Part shown: piece after piece, positions 36,250 through 46,093 of the stretch
Layout: each line of letters begins with the position of its first letter
How positions within the stretch are numbered: the first letter of the stretch is position 1
Origin: Kiritimatiellia bacterium
GTDB taxonomy: Bacteria; Verrucomicrobiota; Kiritimatiellia; JAAZAB01
NCBI GenBank assembly: GCA_040767085.1
Contig: JAXGPF010000006.1
Span: forward strand, 64,001-128,000
Length of the DNA stretch: 64,000 nucleotides
Direction of reading: 5' to 3'
The notes under the pieces: generated by a model
Seen by the model: only the letters and a program-made list of their open reading frames with translations
What the model was told of the DNA's origin: nothing
Databases searched by the model: none
Translations under genes and position numbers: made by a program

Positions 36250-36361
36250 ATTATCCTTTCGCGATAATTGCATAAAATTATTCCGCATCAAACAAAGCGT
36301 CGATTATTGACGGATGGGCTCGTTTGTCAAATATAATCACGGAAACCATCGCGTAAAAATC

Positions 36362-36390
36362 TTGACTTGGCTTACCGGTGAAGGTAAATT
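36362..36390 (+). promoter_or_regulatory. Putative sigma70 promoter for HAD-thiC-mazG
   Basis: TTGACT-17 nt-TAAATT. Confidence 0.55.
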
Positions 36391-36444
36391 AAACGCTTTG
36401 AATCGAAATAATCAGCGGTCATCTCGTCAAGCCGGAGTCCCAGC

Positions 36445-37158
36445 ATGTCAACTACCCAATCCAAAACCGCCAAGGACGCCAAAAGCGCCAAGCCCTGCCT
36501 GGCATTAGAACTGGAAACCATCGCCTTCAATGGCAGCCAGGTAATATATGAAGCACTGGCATCCATTTTTAAAAACCGCGGCTTTCAGTTGACCCCGGAA
36601 ATCTTCACCCGGTTCAACTTGGCGCGCCCGACCGCACGCGCGCTCAACCGCATGCTGACCGCGCTGGCCGTCAATTCCAGCGGCATCGAAGCCATGTCCG
36701 CGGAAATAGCGCAGCTATGGCCGAAAAAACTGGCTCAAACCAAGCCCATCCCGGCGGTGGTGAAACTGCTGGGCGATGCCGCCCGCCAAGGCATTCCGCT
36801 GGGAGCTATTACCGCCTGCCCGGCCGCCCCGGCGCAGGATCTGATTAAAGCGCTGGCGTTAAACGCAGAAGTCGCGCTGGTCAATCTGCCGGCCGCCAAT
36901 GGCAACGGCCGGCCGCGCCCGGAAGCCTGGACCAAGCTGGCGCACCAGATGCAAGCCTCCCCCGCGCAATGCGTGGCGTTAGCCAACTCCGCCGTCACGG
37001 CGCAAGCGGCGATTATGGCCGGCATGCATGCCGTGGCCATCCCGGATGCCTTCAGCGTCTTCCAGGATTTCGGCGGAACCGACTTGCTTTTCGAGAAGCC
37101 CGCGTCGCTCCCTCTGGTGGAAATCATGGCGCTGGCTGCTCCCGTCACAAGAGCCTGA
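36445..37158 (+). CDS. HAD-superfamily (beta-PGM/CbbY-like) protein with degenerate catalytic motifs
   Basis: HAD layout (RPRPEAW..A..M...PAQCVAL..S...QAA..AGM; QDF), but motif I reads LELET and motif IV reads ANS. Confidence 0.7.
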   Translation: MSTTQSKTAKDAKSAKPCLALELETIAFNGSQVIYEALASIFKNRGFQLTPEIFTRFNLARPTARALNRMLTALAVNSSGIEAMSAEIAQLWPKKLAQTKPIPAVVKLLGDAARQGIPLGAITACPAAPAQDLIKALALNAEVALVNLPAANGNGRPRPEAWTKLAHQMQASPAQCVALANSAVTAQAAIMAGMHAVAIPDAFSVFQDFGGTDLLFEKPASLPLVEIMALAAPVTRA

Positions 37159-37165
37159 ACGAGTT

Positions 37166-38497
37166 ATGGCTGTTTCAACGCAACTGCTGCTGGCCCGCGC
37201 CGGCCGCCTCTCGCCGGCCATGCGCCGGGCGGCGGAGGCCGAAGGCATGGCCCCGGAACGCATCCGCGCCGCGCTGGCAACCGGCGCGGCGGTGATCCCC
37301 TGTAATCCCGCCCACACCGGGCTGCGCCCGGTGGCCGTCGGCCGCCAATTCCGCACCAAAGTCAACGCCAATATCGGCCGTTCCGGCGAAAAATCCAGTC
37401 TCAACGAGGAATTGCACAAAATTGAGATTGCGCTCAGCGCCGGCGCCGATTGCGTGATGGATCTCAGCGTCGGCCCGCGGCTCGGCAGCCTGCGCCGCCG
37501 CCTCCTGGCCGTCTGCGCCGCGCCATTCGGCACGGTGCCGGTTTACGAAGCCGTCTCGCGCACCGGCGGGCAGGTTGAGCATTTCGATCCGGATGTTTTA
37601 ATGGAAGTCATCGCCGAGCAGGCGGAGCAGGGAGTGGATTTCATGACCTTGCACGCCGGGTTGCTCCGAAAATACATCCCGCTGGCCCAGGAGCGGCGGG
37701 CAGGCATTGTCAGCCGCGGCGGCGCCATCCTGGCGCGCTGGATGTCCGACCGCCGGCGCGAGAACCCGCTGTACGAGCGCTGGGACGAAGTCCTGCAAAT
37801 CTGCCGCAAGCATGACGTGACGGTCTCGCTGGGCGACGGCCTGCGCCCGGGTTGCATCGCCGATGCCGGCGATCGCGCGCAATTTGCCGAACTGCGCACC
37901 CTGGGCAAACTGGTGGAGCGCTGCCGCGGCGCCGGCGTGCAGGTCATGGTGGAAGGCCCCGGCCATGTGCCCTTCGACCAGATTCGCAGCCAGGTGGGCC
38001 GGGCGCTCCGCGTCTGCCGCGACGCGCCCTTTTATGTGCTGGGCCCGGTGGTCACCGACATCGCGCCGGGGTACGACCATATCACCGCGGCGATCGGCGC
38101 CGCGGCCGCCGCCGCCGCCGGCGCCGCCCTGCTCTGCTACGTTACCCCCGCGGAACACCTGGGCTTGCCCGATGCCGGGGAAGTGCGCGCGGGCATCATC
38201 GCTTTCCGCATTGCCGCGCATGCCGCCGACCTGGCCAAGGGGTTGCCCGGCGCGCGCGCGCGGGATGACGCCATGACCGACGCCCGCACGTCTTTCGATT
38301 GGCAACGCCAGTTCCAACTGGCCCTGGATCCGCCGGGCGCCCGGCAGATTTTCCGCCGCAAGCAACCCGGCCGCGCCGGCGCCACCGCCGATCACTGCAC
38401 GATGTGCGGCGCTAATTTCTGCGCCATGCGCATCGCCGCCGGCATCCGCGGCTCCGGGACAGCCCGGTGCAACTCCTCCGGTCAACGCCATGCCTGA
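37166..38497 (+). CDS. thiC: Phosphomethylpyrimidine synthase (short form)
   Basis: KVNANIG, MDLS, GTVPVY, GIVSRGG, LGDGLRPG, EGPGHVP, GYDHIT, YVTPAEHL, CTMCGxxFC. The BzaA/B/F paralogs are not fully excluded. Confidence 0.88.
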   Translation: MAVSTQLLLARAGRLSPAMRRAAEAEGMAPERIRAALATGAAVIPCNPAHTGLRPVAVGRQFRTKVNANIGRSGEKSSLNEELHKIEIALSAGADCVMDLSVGPRLGSLRRRLLAVCAAPFGTVPVYEAVSRTGGQVEHFDPDVLMEVIAEQAEQGVDFMTLHAGLLRKYIPLAQERRAGIVSRGGAILARWMSDRRRENPLYERWDEVLQICRKHDVTVSLGDGLRPGCIADAGDRAQFAELRTLGKLVERCRGAGVQVMVEGPGHVPFDQIRSQVGRALRVCRDAPFYVLGPVVTDIAPGYDHITAAIGAAAAAAAGAALLCYVTPAEHLGLPDAGEVRAGIIAFRIAAHAADLAKGLPGARARDDAMTDARTSFDWQRQFQLALDPPGARQIFRRKQPGRAGATADHCTMCGANFCAMRIAAGIRGSGTARCNSSGQRHA

Positions 38498-39353
38498 TCC
38501 TGAAAACATGCGCGGCGGCATGGCGGCGTCCGTCCCATCCATGGAGCAGTTGCTGGCGATCATGGAGCGGCTGCGCGCGCCCGGCGGCTGCCCCTGGGAC
38601 CGCGAGCAGAACCTGCAATCGCTCAAGCAATATCTCGTGGAGGAGTGCTACGAGGTGATTGACGCGATTGACGGGGGGCAGCCGGACAAACACGCCGAAG
38701 AGCTGGGCGACCTGCTGCTCCAGATCGTGTTCCAGGCCCAGTTGCAGAAAGAAGCGGGGCGGTTCGATTTTCACGACGTCGTGCGCCATATCTGCGCCAA
38801 GCTGATCCGCCGGCATCCCCACGTTTTCAGCGATGTGCGGGCCGATGACACCCGGACGGTGCTGCAAAACTGGGAAACCATCAAGGCGGCCGAAAAAGCC
38901 GGGCAGGCCGGCGCGGATGCCGCCGCCTTACCTTCCATCATCGGCGAAATCCCGCGCCACCTGCCGGCCCTGCACAAGGCGCACCACCTGCAGAAAAAAG
39001 TATCCCGCATCGGCTTTGACTGGGACCAGGCGCGCGATGTCATCGCCAAAATCGAGGAAGAACTGCAGGAAGTCAAACAGGCGCTGGCCGGCGGCGATGC
39101 CGCCGGCGTGCGCGAGGAAATCGGCGACCTGCTGTTCGCGGTCGTTAACCTGAGCCGGTTCCAGGGAATCAATGCCGAGGAGGCCCTGAACCGCGCCGTC
39201 AGCAAGTTCACCCGCCGCTTCCAGCAGGTGGAGGCCCGGGTGCAGGCCGCCGGGCGGCAGTTGACCGCCTGCACGCTGCCGGAACTCGAAGAGCACTGGC
39301 AGGCGGTCAAGCGCGCCGAACCAAACGGCGGCGAAACGGCCCCGGCGGATTAA
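38490..39353 (+). CDS. mazG: Nucleoside triphosphate pyrophosphohydrolase
   Basis: GCPWDREQ, EECYEV, EELGDLL, RRHPHVF; second domain EEIGDLLF. Confidence 0.95.
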   Translation: MPDPENMRGGMAASVPSMEQLLAIMERLRAPGGCPWDREQNLQSLKQYLVEECYEVIDAIDGGQPDKHAEELGDLLLQIVFQAQLQKEAGRFDFHDVVRHICAKLIRRHPHVFSDVRADDTRTVLQNWETIKAAEKAGQAGADAAALPSIIGEIPRHLPALHKAHHLQKKVSRIGFDWDQARDVIAKIEEELQEVKQALAGGDAAGVREEIGDLLFAVVNLSRFQGINAEEALNRAVSKFTRRFQQVEARVQAAGRQLTACTLPELEEHWQAVKRAEPNGGETAPAD

Positions 39354-39364
39354 AGCGGCGGCGA

Positions 39365-40102
39365 TTATTCGCCGCGCACCATCGGCACGAACCGCACCGG
39401 CAAATCTTCCTTGACCACCGCCGCGCCGGCCTCTTTGCGCAGGATCACCAGGCGCTGCGCATACCGGCCGATGGGCAGAATCATCCGCCCGCCTTCCCGC
39501 AGTTGTTTCACCAGGCTTGACGGTATTTCTTCCGGCGCGCAGGTGGCGATTATCGCATCAAACGGCGCGTGCTCCGGCCAGCCCTGGTAGCCGTCACCCG
39601 TCCGGATTTGCACTGCTTGAAAACCTTCCGCATCCAGCACGGCGCGCGCATGCCGGGCCAGTTCCGGAATGATCTCGATGGTGTAAACCCGGGCGCCGCC
39701 GTGCGCCAGGATGGCAGCCTGGTAGCCGGACCCCGTGCCGATTTCCAGAACTTTTTCGCCCGGCTGCAACGCCAGTCTCTCGGTCATATAGGCGACGATA
39801 TAAGGCTGGGAAATAGTCTGGCCGTAGCCGATGTCGCAGGGATGGTCGCCATAGGGATCGGCGCGGCGGCGGTAAGCCTCCGGGAGGAAGGCGTGCCGCG
39901 GCACATCGCGCATGGCCGCCAGCACCGCCGGGTTGGTGATGCCGTAATCCGCGAGTTGCCGCAGCATCGCGGCGCGGCCACGCGAGTTTGCGGCGTCCGG
40001 CGGCAAGGCATCCGGCGCGGGCTCCCGCGCACAACACGCGCCTGCAAAAAGCAGCAGGCCAGCTCCGAGGGCCTGCAGTCCGATTAGTTCAAGCATTCCC
40101 AT
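39365..40102 (-). CDS. pcm: Protein-L-isoaspartate O-methyltransferase
   Basis: VPRHAF, GQTISQPYIV, VLEIGTGSGYQAA, GDGYQGW, APFDAI, VRFVPM. Confidence 0.95.
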   Translation of the reverse strand: MGMLELIGLQALGAGLLLFAGACCAREPAPDALPPDAANSRGRAAMLRQLADYGITNPAVLAAMRDVPRHAFLPEAYRRRADPYGDHPCDIGYGQTISQPYIVAYMTERLALQPGEKVLEIGTGSGYQAAILAHGGARVYTIEIIPELARHARAVLDAEGFQAVQIRTGDGYQGWPEHAPFDAIIATCAPEEIPSSLVKQLREGGRMILPIGRYAQRLVILRKEAGAAVVKEDLPVRFVPMVRGE

Positions 40103-40273
40103 GCCGCCATGATAAACCCGGCGGGGGAAATGTCAACCGCCATGTTTTGAATCCTTTCAGCCTGAAATCGCCGGCAGATGCCGGAAAACTGGGATCAATG
40201 CTACCGGAGCAGTCCGGCTTGGCCGGACTTTTCTTCCGGATTGCGCCGCGCCGTGGCGCCACTAGAGCCGGAG

Positions 40274-40425
40274 CGGCTCGCCCGGAGGTCTCGCCCTACC
40301 CATGGCGAATGCTTATGCAATGGTAGGGCGAGGTCTCCGACCGAGCCGTCTTTTCTGAGAATGACGCAGTCTTACGCAGGGCAAGCCGTGGCCGTGCCCG
40401 GCGTAGCTGTAGCGAAGCCGGGCGC
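40274..40425. repeat. REP pair, GAATGACGCAG terminus and cgtagc...gcgaag palindrome
   Basis: Identical in part to 18862-18887 and to the reverse complement of 51098-51124. Confidence 0.75.
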
Positions 40426-40427
40426 CA

Positions 40428-41261
40428 CTACACGACAAACTCCCATGCCAGCAATGCCAGCCCGGCCAACAGCAGGTAATACCGGAACAGGCGGAAGGAA
40501 TACGACCGGAAAAACCAGAGACAGAACCGGATAGCCAGCAGGCTGACGCCGAAACTGACGCCGAACCCCGCCCACATCAAACCGGGGGGAATTGCCGGCG
40601 GAGGCGCTTGCCACACCGACGGCAATTGCCAGACCAGCGCGCCGGCAATCGCCGGCACTGCCATGTAAAAAGAGAACCGCACCGCCCCGGCCCGCCGGTG
40701 TCCGCGCAAGACTCCGGCGCCGGTGGTCCATCCCGAGCGGGAAGCGCCCGGCAGCAGCGCCACCGCCTGGGCCAGGCCCGTCCAGAACGCATCGCGCCAA
40801 TTGAAACTTTCCAGCGCGCGCGCGCCGCCGGCGCGCCGCGCCTCCCAACGGTCGCACAACCAGAACCACAGCCCGGTGGCGACCATGCTCAAGCCGGCGT
40901 TCAGGCCGCTGCGCGCCCCGCCGGCGTCTTCCAGGAAGCGGAACAACCAGGCGGCAGCCAGCACCGCCGGCACGGTTGCAACGATCAGCAGCCAGGGAAG
41001 GCGCCGGTAAAAAACCGTTGCTCGCCCCGGCCGCAGCAGTCCCTGCGCCGCCAGCAGCCACTCGCGCCAGAAATAGACCAGGATCGCCGCCAGGCTGCCG
41101 GCATGCAGGATGGTGTCGAAAAACAGGCCGCCATCGTCCGTCCAGCCGCACAGCCGGCGCAGAATCACCAGATGACCGGAACTGCTGATGGGGATGAATT
41201 CCGTCGCGCCCTGCACACAGGCCAGGATCAAGGCCTGGCAGGGAGTTAAAACGTTTTCCAT
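40428..41261 (-). CDS. uppP: Undecaprenyl-diphosphate phosphatase
   Basis: QGATEFIPISSSGHL, PGASRSG, FSFYMAVPAI. Confidence 0.95.
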   Translation of the reverse strand: MENVLTPCQALILACVQGATEFIPISSSGHLVILRRLCGWTDDGGLFFDTILHAGSLAAILVYFWREWLLAAQGLLRPGRATVFYRRLPWLLIVATVPAVLAAAWLFRFLEDAGGARSGLNAGLSMVATGLWFWLCDRWEARRAGGARALESFNWRDAFWTGLAQAVALLPGASRSGWTTGAGVLRGHRRAGAVRFSFYMAVPAIAGALVWQLPSVWQAPPPAIPPGLMWAGFGVSFGVSLLAIRFCLWFFRSYSFRLFRYYLLLAGLALLAWEFVV

Positions 41262-41333
41262 GGAGCAAATTTAAAAACTGCCGGTTTGAAAGAATTCAGA
41301 AGTCAGGAGACGACTTGTGAAATTGGATCAATA

Positions 41334-44300
41334 TCACCAAAGCGACGGCAACACCGGCTGGAAGCCCGCGCCCAGTCCGCCCGGGAAAGCCTGATCGCTA
41401 TTGAACAACACTTTCCCGGCCAGGTTGCGGATTTTCCACCGGCCCGCGTCCGCGTGATACACCGCTAAGTCGTAAATGCCATCGCCATCGTAATCTCCGG
41501 GCACCGGCTGCCAGCCGGCGCCGCCCCACACGAGGCCTTCGGCGATCATGGCCTGCTTGGTGAGCGACCAGGACGACCATATGCCGTAGACCGGGTGATA
41601 GACGGCCAGGTCAAAAATACCATCGCCATCGTAATCCCCCGGCGCCGGCCGGTAACCGGCTTCGCCGAAAGCCTTCCCCCAGACAATCTGGCGGCCGTCG
41701 GCGGAAAGAATGTACCAGTAGCCGGAGGCATCGTGGTAGAGGGCGTAATCCGCGGCGCCATCGCCGTCGTAATCGCCCGGGACGGCCGTATAACCCGGGC
41801 CGGTCAAACTCTCATCCCAGACGATCGTCCTGCCGTCCGCCGCGGAAATGACATACCAGTAACCGTTATTATCCCGGGCATACAATGCGCCGTCAAACCT
41901 GGCATCGCCGTCGTAATCGCCGGCTACCGGCCGCAAACCCGGCCCGCCGAATGGCACATCCCGGCATAAAACCTGCATTTTATACACGGAGGCGATCATC
42001 CATAATCCGGCCGGCTCGTTGTACAAGGCCGCATCGGCGTAGCCATCGCCGTCGTAATCGCCGGCGATCGGGCGCCAGTCCGGCCCGCCGAACTGCGCGC
42101 CGGCGGCGATCCATTGCCATTGGTTGGTCCGGCCGTTCAGGAAGTCCTGGTAGCGCGCCAGCGAGCCGATATACCAGGCGCCGGAGCCGGCATGGTACAG
42201 CGCCAGGTCGGACACGCGGTCGGCATCGTAATCGTTGTAGATGAAGGCGCCGGTGCCCGGGACCACGACGCCCACCCCGCGGGCGATGGTATTGGAAAGC
42301 AAGGGGCCGTTATAGAACTGGGGATGCTGGCCGGGATTCCGCAGGGTGGTGTTTGTAGCGGCATAGTCATGCAATTCCTTAAAGCTGTAATTGCCGTTCA
42401 GATCATGGTCGGGGGTGGTCTTGCCGCAGGCTTCGAGGAGGTAACCGGTGTAGAGGCCGTGGTCGCCGATTTCCGCGCTGAGTTCATGGGCGTCGCAGGC
42501 GGTCATGAAGGCGATGTTGGCGCCAAAATCACGCGGGAGCGGCAATCCCCGGGCGCGATATTCCGCGGTCTTGATCCGACGGTAATGGGTCATCACCCGT
42601 TCGACGAATGGCCAGTACACCGGCCGGCCGTCCTTGAACATGCCGGCGGAATGGCAGGTGTCAATAATCAATACTACGCGGGTATCGGCGCGGAAGCGCG
42701 CAAGGTCGGCCGCCATTTCGTAATCGTAATAACTGTCGTCATAAGCGCAGATGAAGGTGACTTCGCCATCCACGCCGCCATGGCTGGAATGCGTGTACAG
42801 GATCAAATCGCCCGCGGCCGCGCCGGCGGCCAGTGACTGCAAGGCATTGCGCAGCGTGCTCTTGGTGGCCTGGCGGTCGGCAAACATCTGGATATCCGAC
42901 GCCGCCCAATGGTTGGACGGATCGCCCAGCAGCATTTGCTCCTTGATGCCAAAAGCGTCGTTCGTGCAGGCTTCCAGGGCGCCCGGCTGGCCGCCGGGGT
43001 AGGCCGGTGAATAATTGTCAATCCCCACCACGATGGCGTCGCGGACCGCGGAGACGGGAATGACGGTCGAACCGCACCAGCCGGAATCGGTATTGCTGAA
43101 ATTAGTGCTGACGCCGTAGGAATTGCGGGACTTTACCTTGTAATAATAAGTTATGTTGGTCTCCACCCCGTAATCCTGGAACACGGTCGAGTTATGGTTG
43201 GTGACGACAATGGCCGGCTGGTTGGTGCCATGGCTGCGCCAGAGATCGTAACCCAGCGCGCCGCCGGCGCTGTCCCATGAAACCTGGATGTAATTGGTGT
43301 AAGCGCCGTCGGTCGCCGTCAGGCCCGCGGGGGTTTCCGGCAGACTTTCGGTGCTGGGGCCGCTGATGAAATTCAAGGTCAGATCGTATTGGACGTCGTA
43401 GCGGTCCTGCGCATCCTTCAGGATCAGCGTGTACTTGCCGCCGGCGGTCAGGGCCAGGTTGGTGATGGCGGCGGTCTGCTGCAAAATATCCGTGGCCTGC
43501 GCGATCAATTCGGCGTCCGGATCGTAAAGTTCCAGGACCGGGTTCAAGGCCGGGGTCTTTTCCTGCATGATCACCGAGATCACGTCGCCCGGGACGGCGT
43601 TGAAAAACGCCACGTCCAGATCGCCGGGCTTGTCGATGGCGCCGGACTTGGTTTCGCCGTTGACGATCAAGCCGATGTCTTTTTCCACGCCATCGAGTTC
43701 CCCGGGAATTTTCGCCATGGACAGCACATAAGGACCGCGGGAATTGAACAGGTCATTACAGGCGATGGTATATATGCCCGTCTGGATTAAAACCGGCGAG
43801 GTGATTTCCGCGCGGTATTCCGGCGTGTAAACATTCGTGACCTGATTTCCCTCCGGATCGAACAACTGGATGGCCGGCACGAGGATGGCCGCGCCCTGGC
43901 CCATCCGGATTTGCACGCGGCAGGGATTGGAGATGGCGATCATGCCGGGGTCCAGATCCGCCCCGACATCGATTGCGCCTTCCAGCGCCTGGCCGCTCAG
44001 GATCGGGCCTACGTCCAAATCATCATAGGATGGCGGTTCGTGGGGCATGCGCAGAATCGAGACGCTGTAACTCAATTCGTTGGAGTAATTGGCCAGGGCG
44101 GACGGCAGTATGACATGCATGGCATGCCAACTGTAGTTGGAGATGCTGATTTTCAAGTCCTGCTTGGTAAAAGCGTTCACCAAACCGCCGGCAATATTAG
44201 TCGCGGCCTCTAAATCGCTGAAAACGCTGATATCCGGCACGTATGGGACGTTTGCATCCTCGCAGGCCAGGCGGATCAGCACCGTCTCGCCGGGCCGCGC

Positions 44301-44462
44301 GTCGAAGTAGTACGGGTCCACCCAATTATTGGTGGACAGGGTATCCGTAAAATATTGTCCCGACTCAATCGGGCTGGCCGCCGCCGTTCCGACCGCCAGG
44401 CCGACCGAGGCCGCCAACATCCAGCAGGCATTGCGCGCTGACCATCTCATGCAGGTTTTCAT
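41334..44462 (-). CDS. Secreted protein: PPC-like domains, FN3-like domain, caspase-like (C14) peptidase, 6 FG-GAP repeats
   Basis: Signal peptide; AIVVGIDNY, CTND, HSSHGG (His), IIDTCHS (Cys), GLYT, QHPQ; six DYD(G/A)D repeats. Start chosen by GGAG spacing. Confidence 0.85.
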   Translation of the reverse strand: MKTCMRWSARNACWMLAASVGLAVGTAAASPIESGQYFTDTLSTNNWVDPYYFDARPGETVLIRLACEDANVPYVPDISVFSDLEAATNIAGGLVNAFTKQDLKISISNYSWHAMHVILPSALANYSNELSYSVSILRMPHEPPSYDDLDVGPILSGQALEGAIDVGADLDPGMIAISNPCRVQIRMGQGAAILVPAIQLFDPEGNQVTNVYTPEYRAEITSPVLIQTGIYTIACNDLFNSRGPYVLSMAKIPGELDGVEKDIGLIVNGETKSGAIDKPGDLDVAFFNAVPGDVISVIMQEKTPALNPVLELYDPDAELIAQATDILQQTAAITNLALTAGGKYTLILKDAQDRYDVQYDLTLNFISGPSTESLPETPAGLTATDGAYTNYIQVSWDSAGGALGYDLWRSHGTNQPAIVVTNHNSTVFQDYGVETNITYYYKVKSRNSYGVSTNFSNTDSGWCGSTVIPVSAVRDAIVVGIDNYSPAYPGGQPGALEACTNDAFGIKEQMLLGDPSNHWAASDIQMFADRQATKSTLRNALQSLAAGAAAGDLILYTHSSHGGVDGEVTFICAYDDSYYDYEMAADLARFRADTRVVLIIDTCHSAGMFKDGRPVYWPFVERVMTHYRRIKTAEYRARGLPLPRDFGANIAFMTACDAHELSAEIGDHGLYTGYLLEACGKTTPDHDLNGNYSFKELHDYAATNTTLRNPGQHPQFYNGPLLSNTIARGVGVVVPGTGAFIYNDYDADRVSDLALYHAGSGAWYIGSLARYQDFLNGRTNQWQWIAAGAQFGGPDWRPIAGDYDGDGYADAALYNEPAGLWMIASVYKMQVLCRDVPFGGPGLRPVAGDYDGDARFDGALYARDNNGYWYVISAADGRTIVWDESLTGPGYTAVPGDYDGDGAADYALYHDASGYWYILSADGRQIVWGKAFGEAGYRPAPGDYDGDGIFDLAVYHPVYGIWSSWSLTKQAMIAEGLVWGGAGWQPVPGDYDGDGIYDLAVYHADAGRWKIRNLAGKVLFNSDQAFPGGLGAGFQPVLPSLW

Positions 44463-44696
44463 AGACATTGCTCCATTCCCGCGTAATCCCATAACCCTAC
44501 CCCATGCGGCCAGTTTGGCAAGTTTCCAGGGGGCGGTCAATCATAAATTCGTCCGCCGCCGGTATGTTGTGCGCGACGGCATCCTGAAAAAACTTGCTTT
44601 CCGAAGCGGGTTTGCTAGTATGATAGTTAATCGGACTGATGTGTGCGGGCGCTTGCGCTGGCAACGCCCCTATTTTTTATCCGGACGGGGGCCAAA

Positions 44697-45101
44697 ATGA
44701 AAAAACGTAAAATCTGCATTACCCAACAGGACCAGGCGCGTCTGGAAGAATTGCTGCTCACCGCCGGCAACCAACGCGAGCGATCCGACCTGGCGGAACT
44801 GGCCGCCGAACTCAGCCGGGCGACGGTCGTGGAAGCCAGCGGGATTCCCGCTTCCCTGGTCACGATGCATTCCCAAGTCAGGCTGAAGGACCTGGACACG
44901 GGGGAAAAGATGGTGTTCACGTTGGTGTACCCCGGCGAGGCCAACATTGAAGCCGGCAAGATTTCGGTCATCTCGCCCATCGGCACCGCCATCCTGGGCT
45001 ACGCCGCCGGCGATGAAATCTCCTGGAAGGTTCCCGACGGCAAGCGCCGGATCAAAATCGAAGAAGTGCTCTTTCAGCCTGAAGCCGCCGGCAAACCCTG
45101 A
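44697..45101 (+). CDS. rnk: Regulator of nucleoside diphosphate kinase (GreA/GreB family)
   Basis: ELSRA, VTMHS, TLVYP, ISVISPIGTAILG. Confidence 0.9.
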   Translation: MKKRKICITQQDQARLEELLLTAGNQRERSDLAELAAELSRATVVEASGIPASLVTMHSQVRLKDLDTGEKMVFTLVYPGEANIEAGKISVISPIGTAILGYAAGDEISWKVPDGKRRIKIEEVLFQPEAAGKP

Positions 45102-45190
45102 AGCGCCGCCGGACGGCGGACGGGCGCGATGAATGGCAGTTCGGCGTGCGCGGACGGGCGCGCCCGGCACTCTCAGAAGATGGATATCCC

Positions 45191-46081
45191 ATGACCTTGG
45201 GCGCGGTGGATTTATTGTTCAATATGGCGGTCATGCTGTTCTGGATGCGCGCCTGGGAATCCAACCGGCAGACCGACCTGTCCAATCCATACCTGGCCGG
45301 CGTCCGGAATTTCACCCAACCCGTGCTGGAAGCGCTGGCGCGTTTCCTGCCGGGGCGTTCCACCCGGTTGGCCGCGGGCTGCTGCTGGCTGGGCTTGATC
45401 GTTTTCCGCGGTCTGGCCCTGCCCCTGGCTAACCCGGACGCCGCCACCCGGATGTGGCAAATCCAATGGGGATTCATGGTTTTCACTCCGCGCGTTGCGC
45501 CGGCCTGGCCGGCGGCGGGCGGTATGATTTTCAGCCTGGCATCCTTTGCCGCCTTCCTGTTTCAAGTCTGGGTTCTGGCCTTGCTTTACACAGCCGTCCG
45601 GCAGCCGGAACGGCCGGCGGAATTTTTAAAAGCCATGGCCGAGCCCTGGTCTTCCCGCGCCGGGTTCGTCCGTCCGGCCATTATCCTGGCCGGCGGCGCG
45701 GCGGCGGCCGGCCTGCTGTATTTTGCCGCCGGCGGCGCGGCGGCCCCGGAGCCGTCGTTCTGGGCGCGGCCGGCCTGGTGGATCATGCGGGAACTGGTGA
45801 ACGGTCTGGCCGGCGCGGCGAATGTGCTGGCCGTGCTGCGCTCGCTGATGCTCATCCTGCTGATCGGCACCTGGGTGGCGCTGTTCGGGGGCGCGGGAAG
45901 CGTGATGGAAATCTGCCGCGATTGGCTGGACTTTCTCCTGGGGCCGTTCCGGCGTTTCCGCCTGCAGGTCGCCATGTTCGACTTGACGCCCATCATCGCC
46001 TACATGGCGCTCGGGCTGGCGCATTTCCTGCTCTACGGCTATGCCCTGCGCATGATTTTTTTCATCATTCTCCACTCCTGA
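45191..46081 (+). CDS. yggT: YggT-family membrane protein
   Basis: NPY..TQPVL and LGPFRR..FDLTPII YggT motifs; adjacent to DUF167. Confidence 0.7.
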   Translation: MTLGAVDLLFNMAVMLFWMRAWESNRQTDLSNPYLAGVRNFTQPVLEALARFLPGRSTRLAAGCCWLGLIVFRGLALPLANPDAATRMWQIQWGFMVFTPRVAPAWPAAGGMIFSLASFAAFLFQVWVLALLYTAVRQPERPAEFLKAMAEPWSSRAGFVRPAIILAGGAAAAGLLYFAAGGAAAPEPSFWARPAWWIMRELVNGLAGAANVLAVLRSLMLILLIGTWVALFGGAGSVMEICRDWLDFLLGPFRRFRLQVAMFDLTPIIAYMALGLAHFLLYGYALRMIFFIILHS

Positions 46082-46093
46082 AAGAACACTGCC

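Noticed and set aside
36300-37166. TPP riboswitch upstream of thiC
   Set aside because: No CTGAGA/AGGGA core is visible, and thiC follows the HAD gene after only 7 nt.
38490-39353. MazG as a toxin-antitoxin or defence component
   Set aside because: It is an ordinary tandem-domain housekeeping MazG with no mazEF adjacent.
41334-44462. Caspase as part of an anti-phage gasdermin, NLR or CBASS system
   Set aside because: It has a signal peptide, its neighbours are uppP and rnk, and no sensor or effector gene is nearby.
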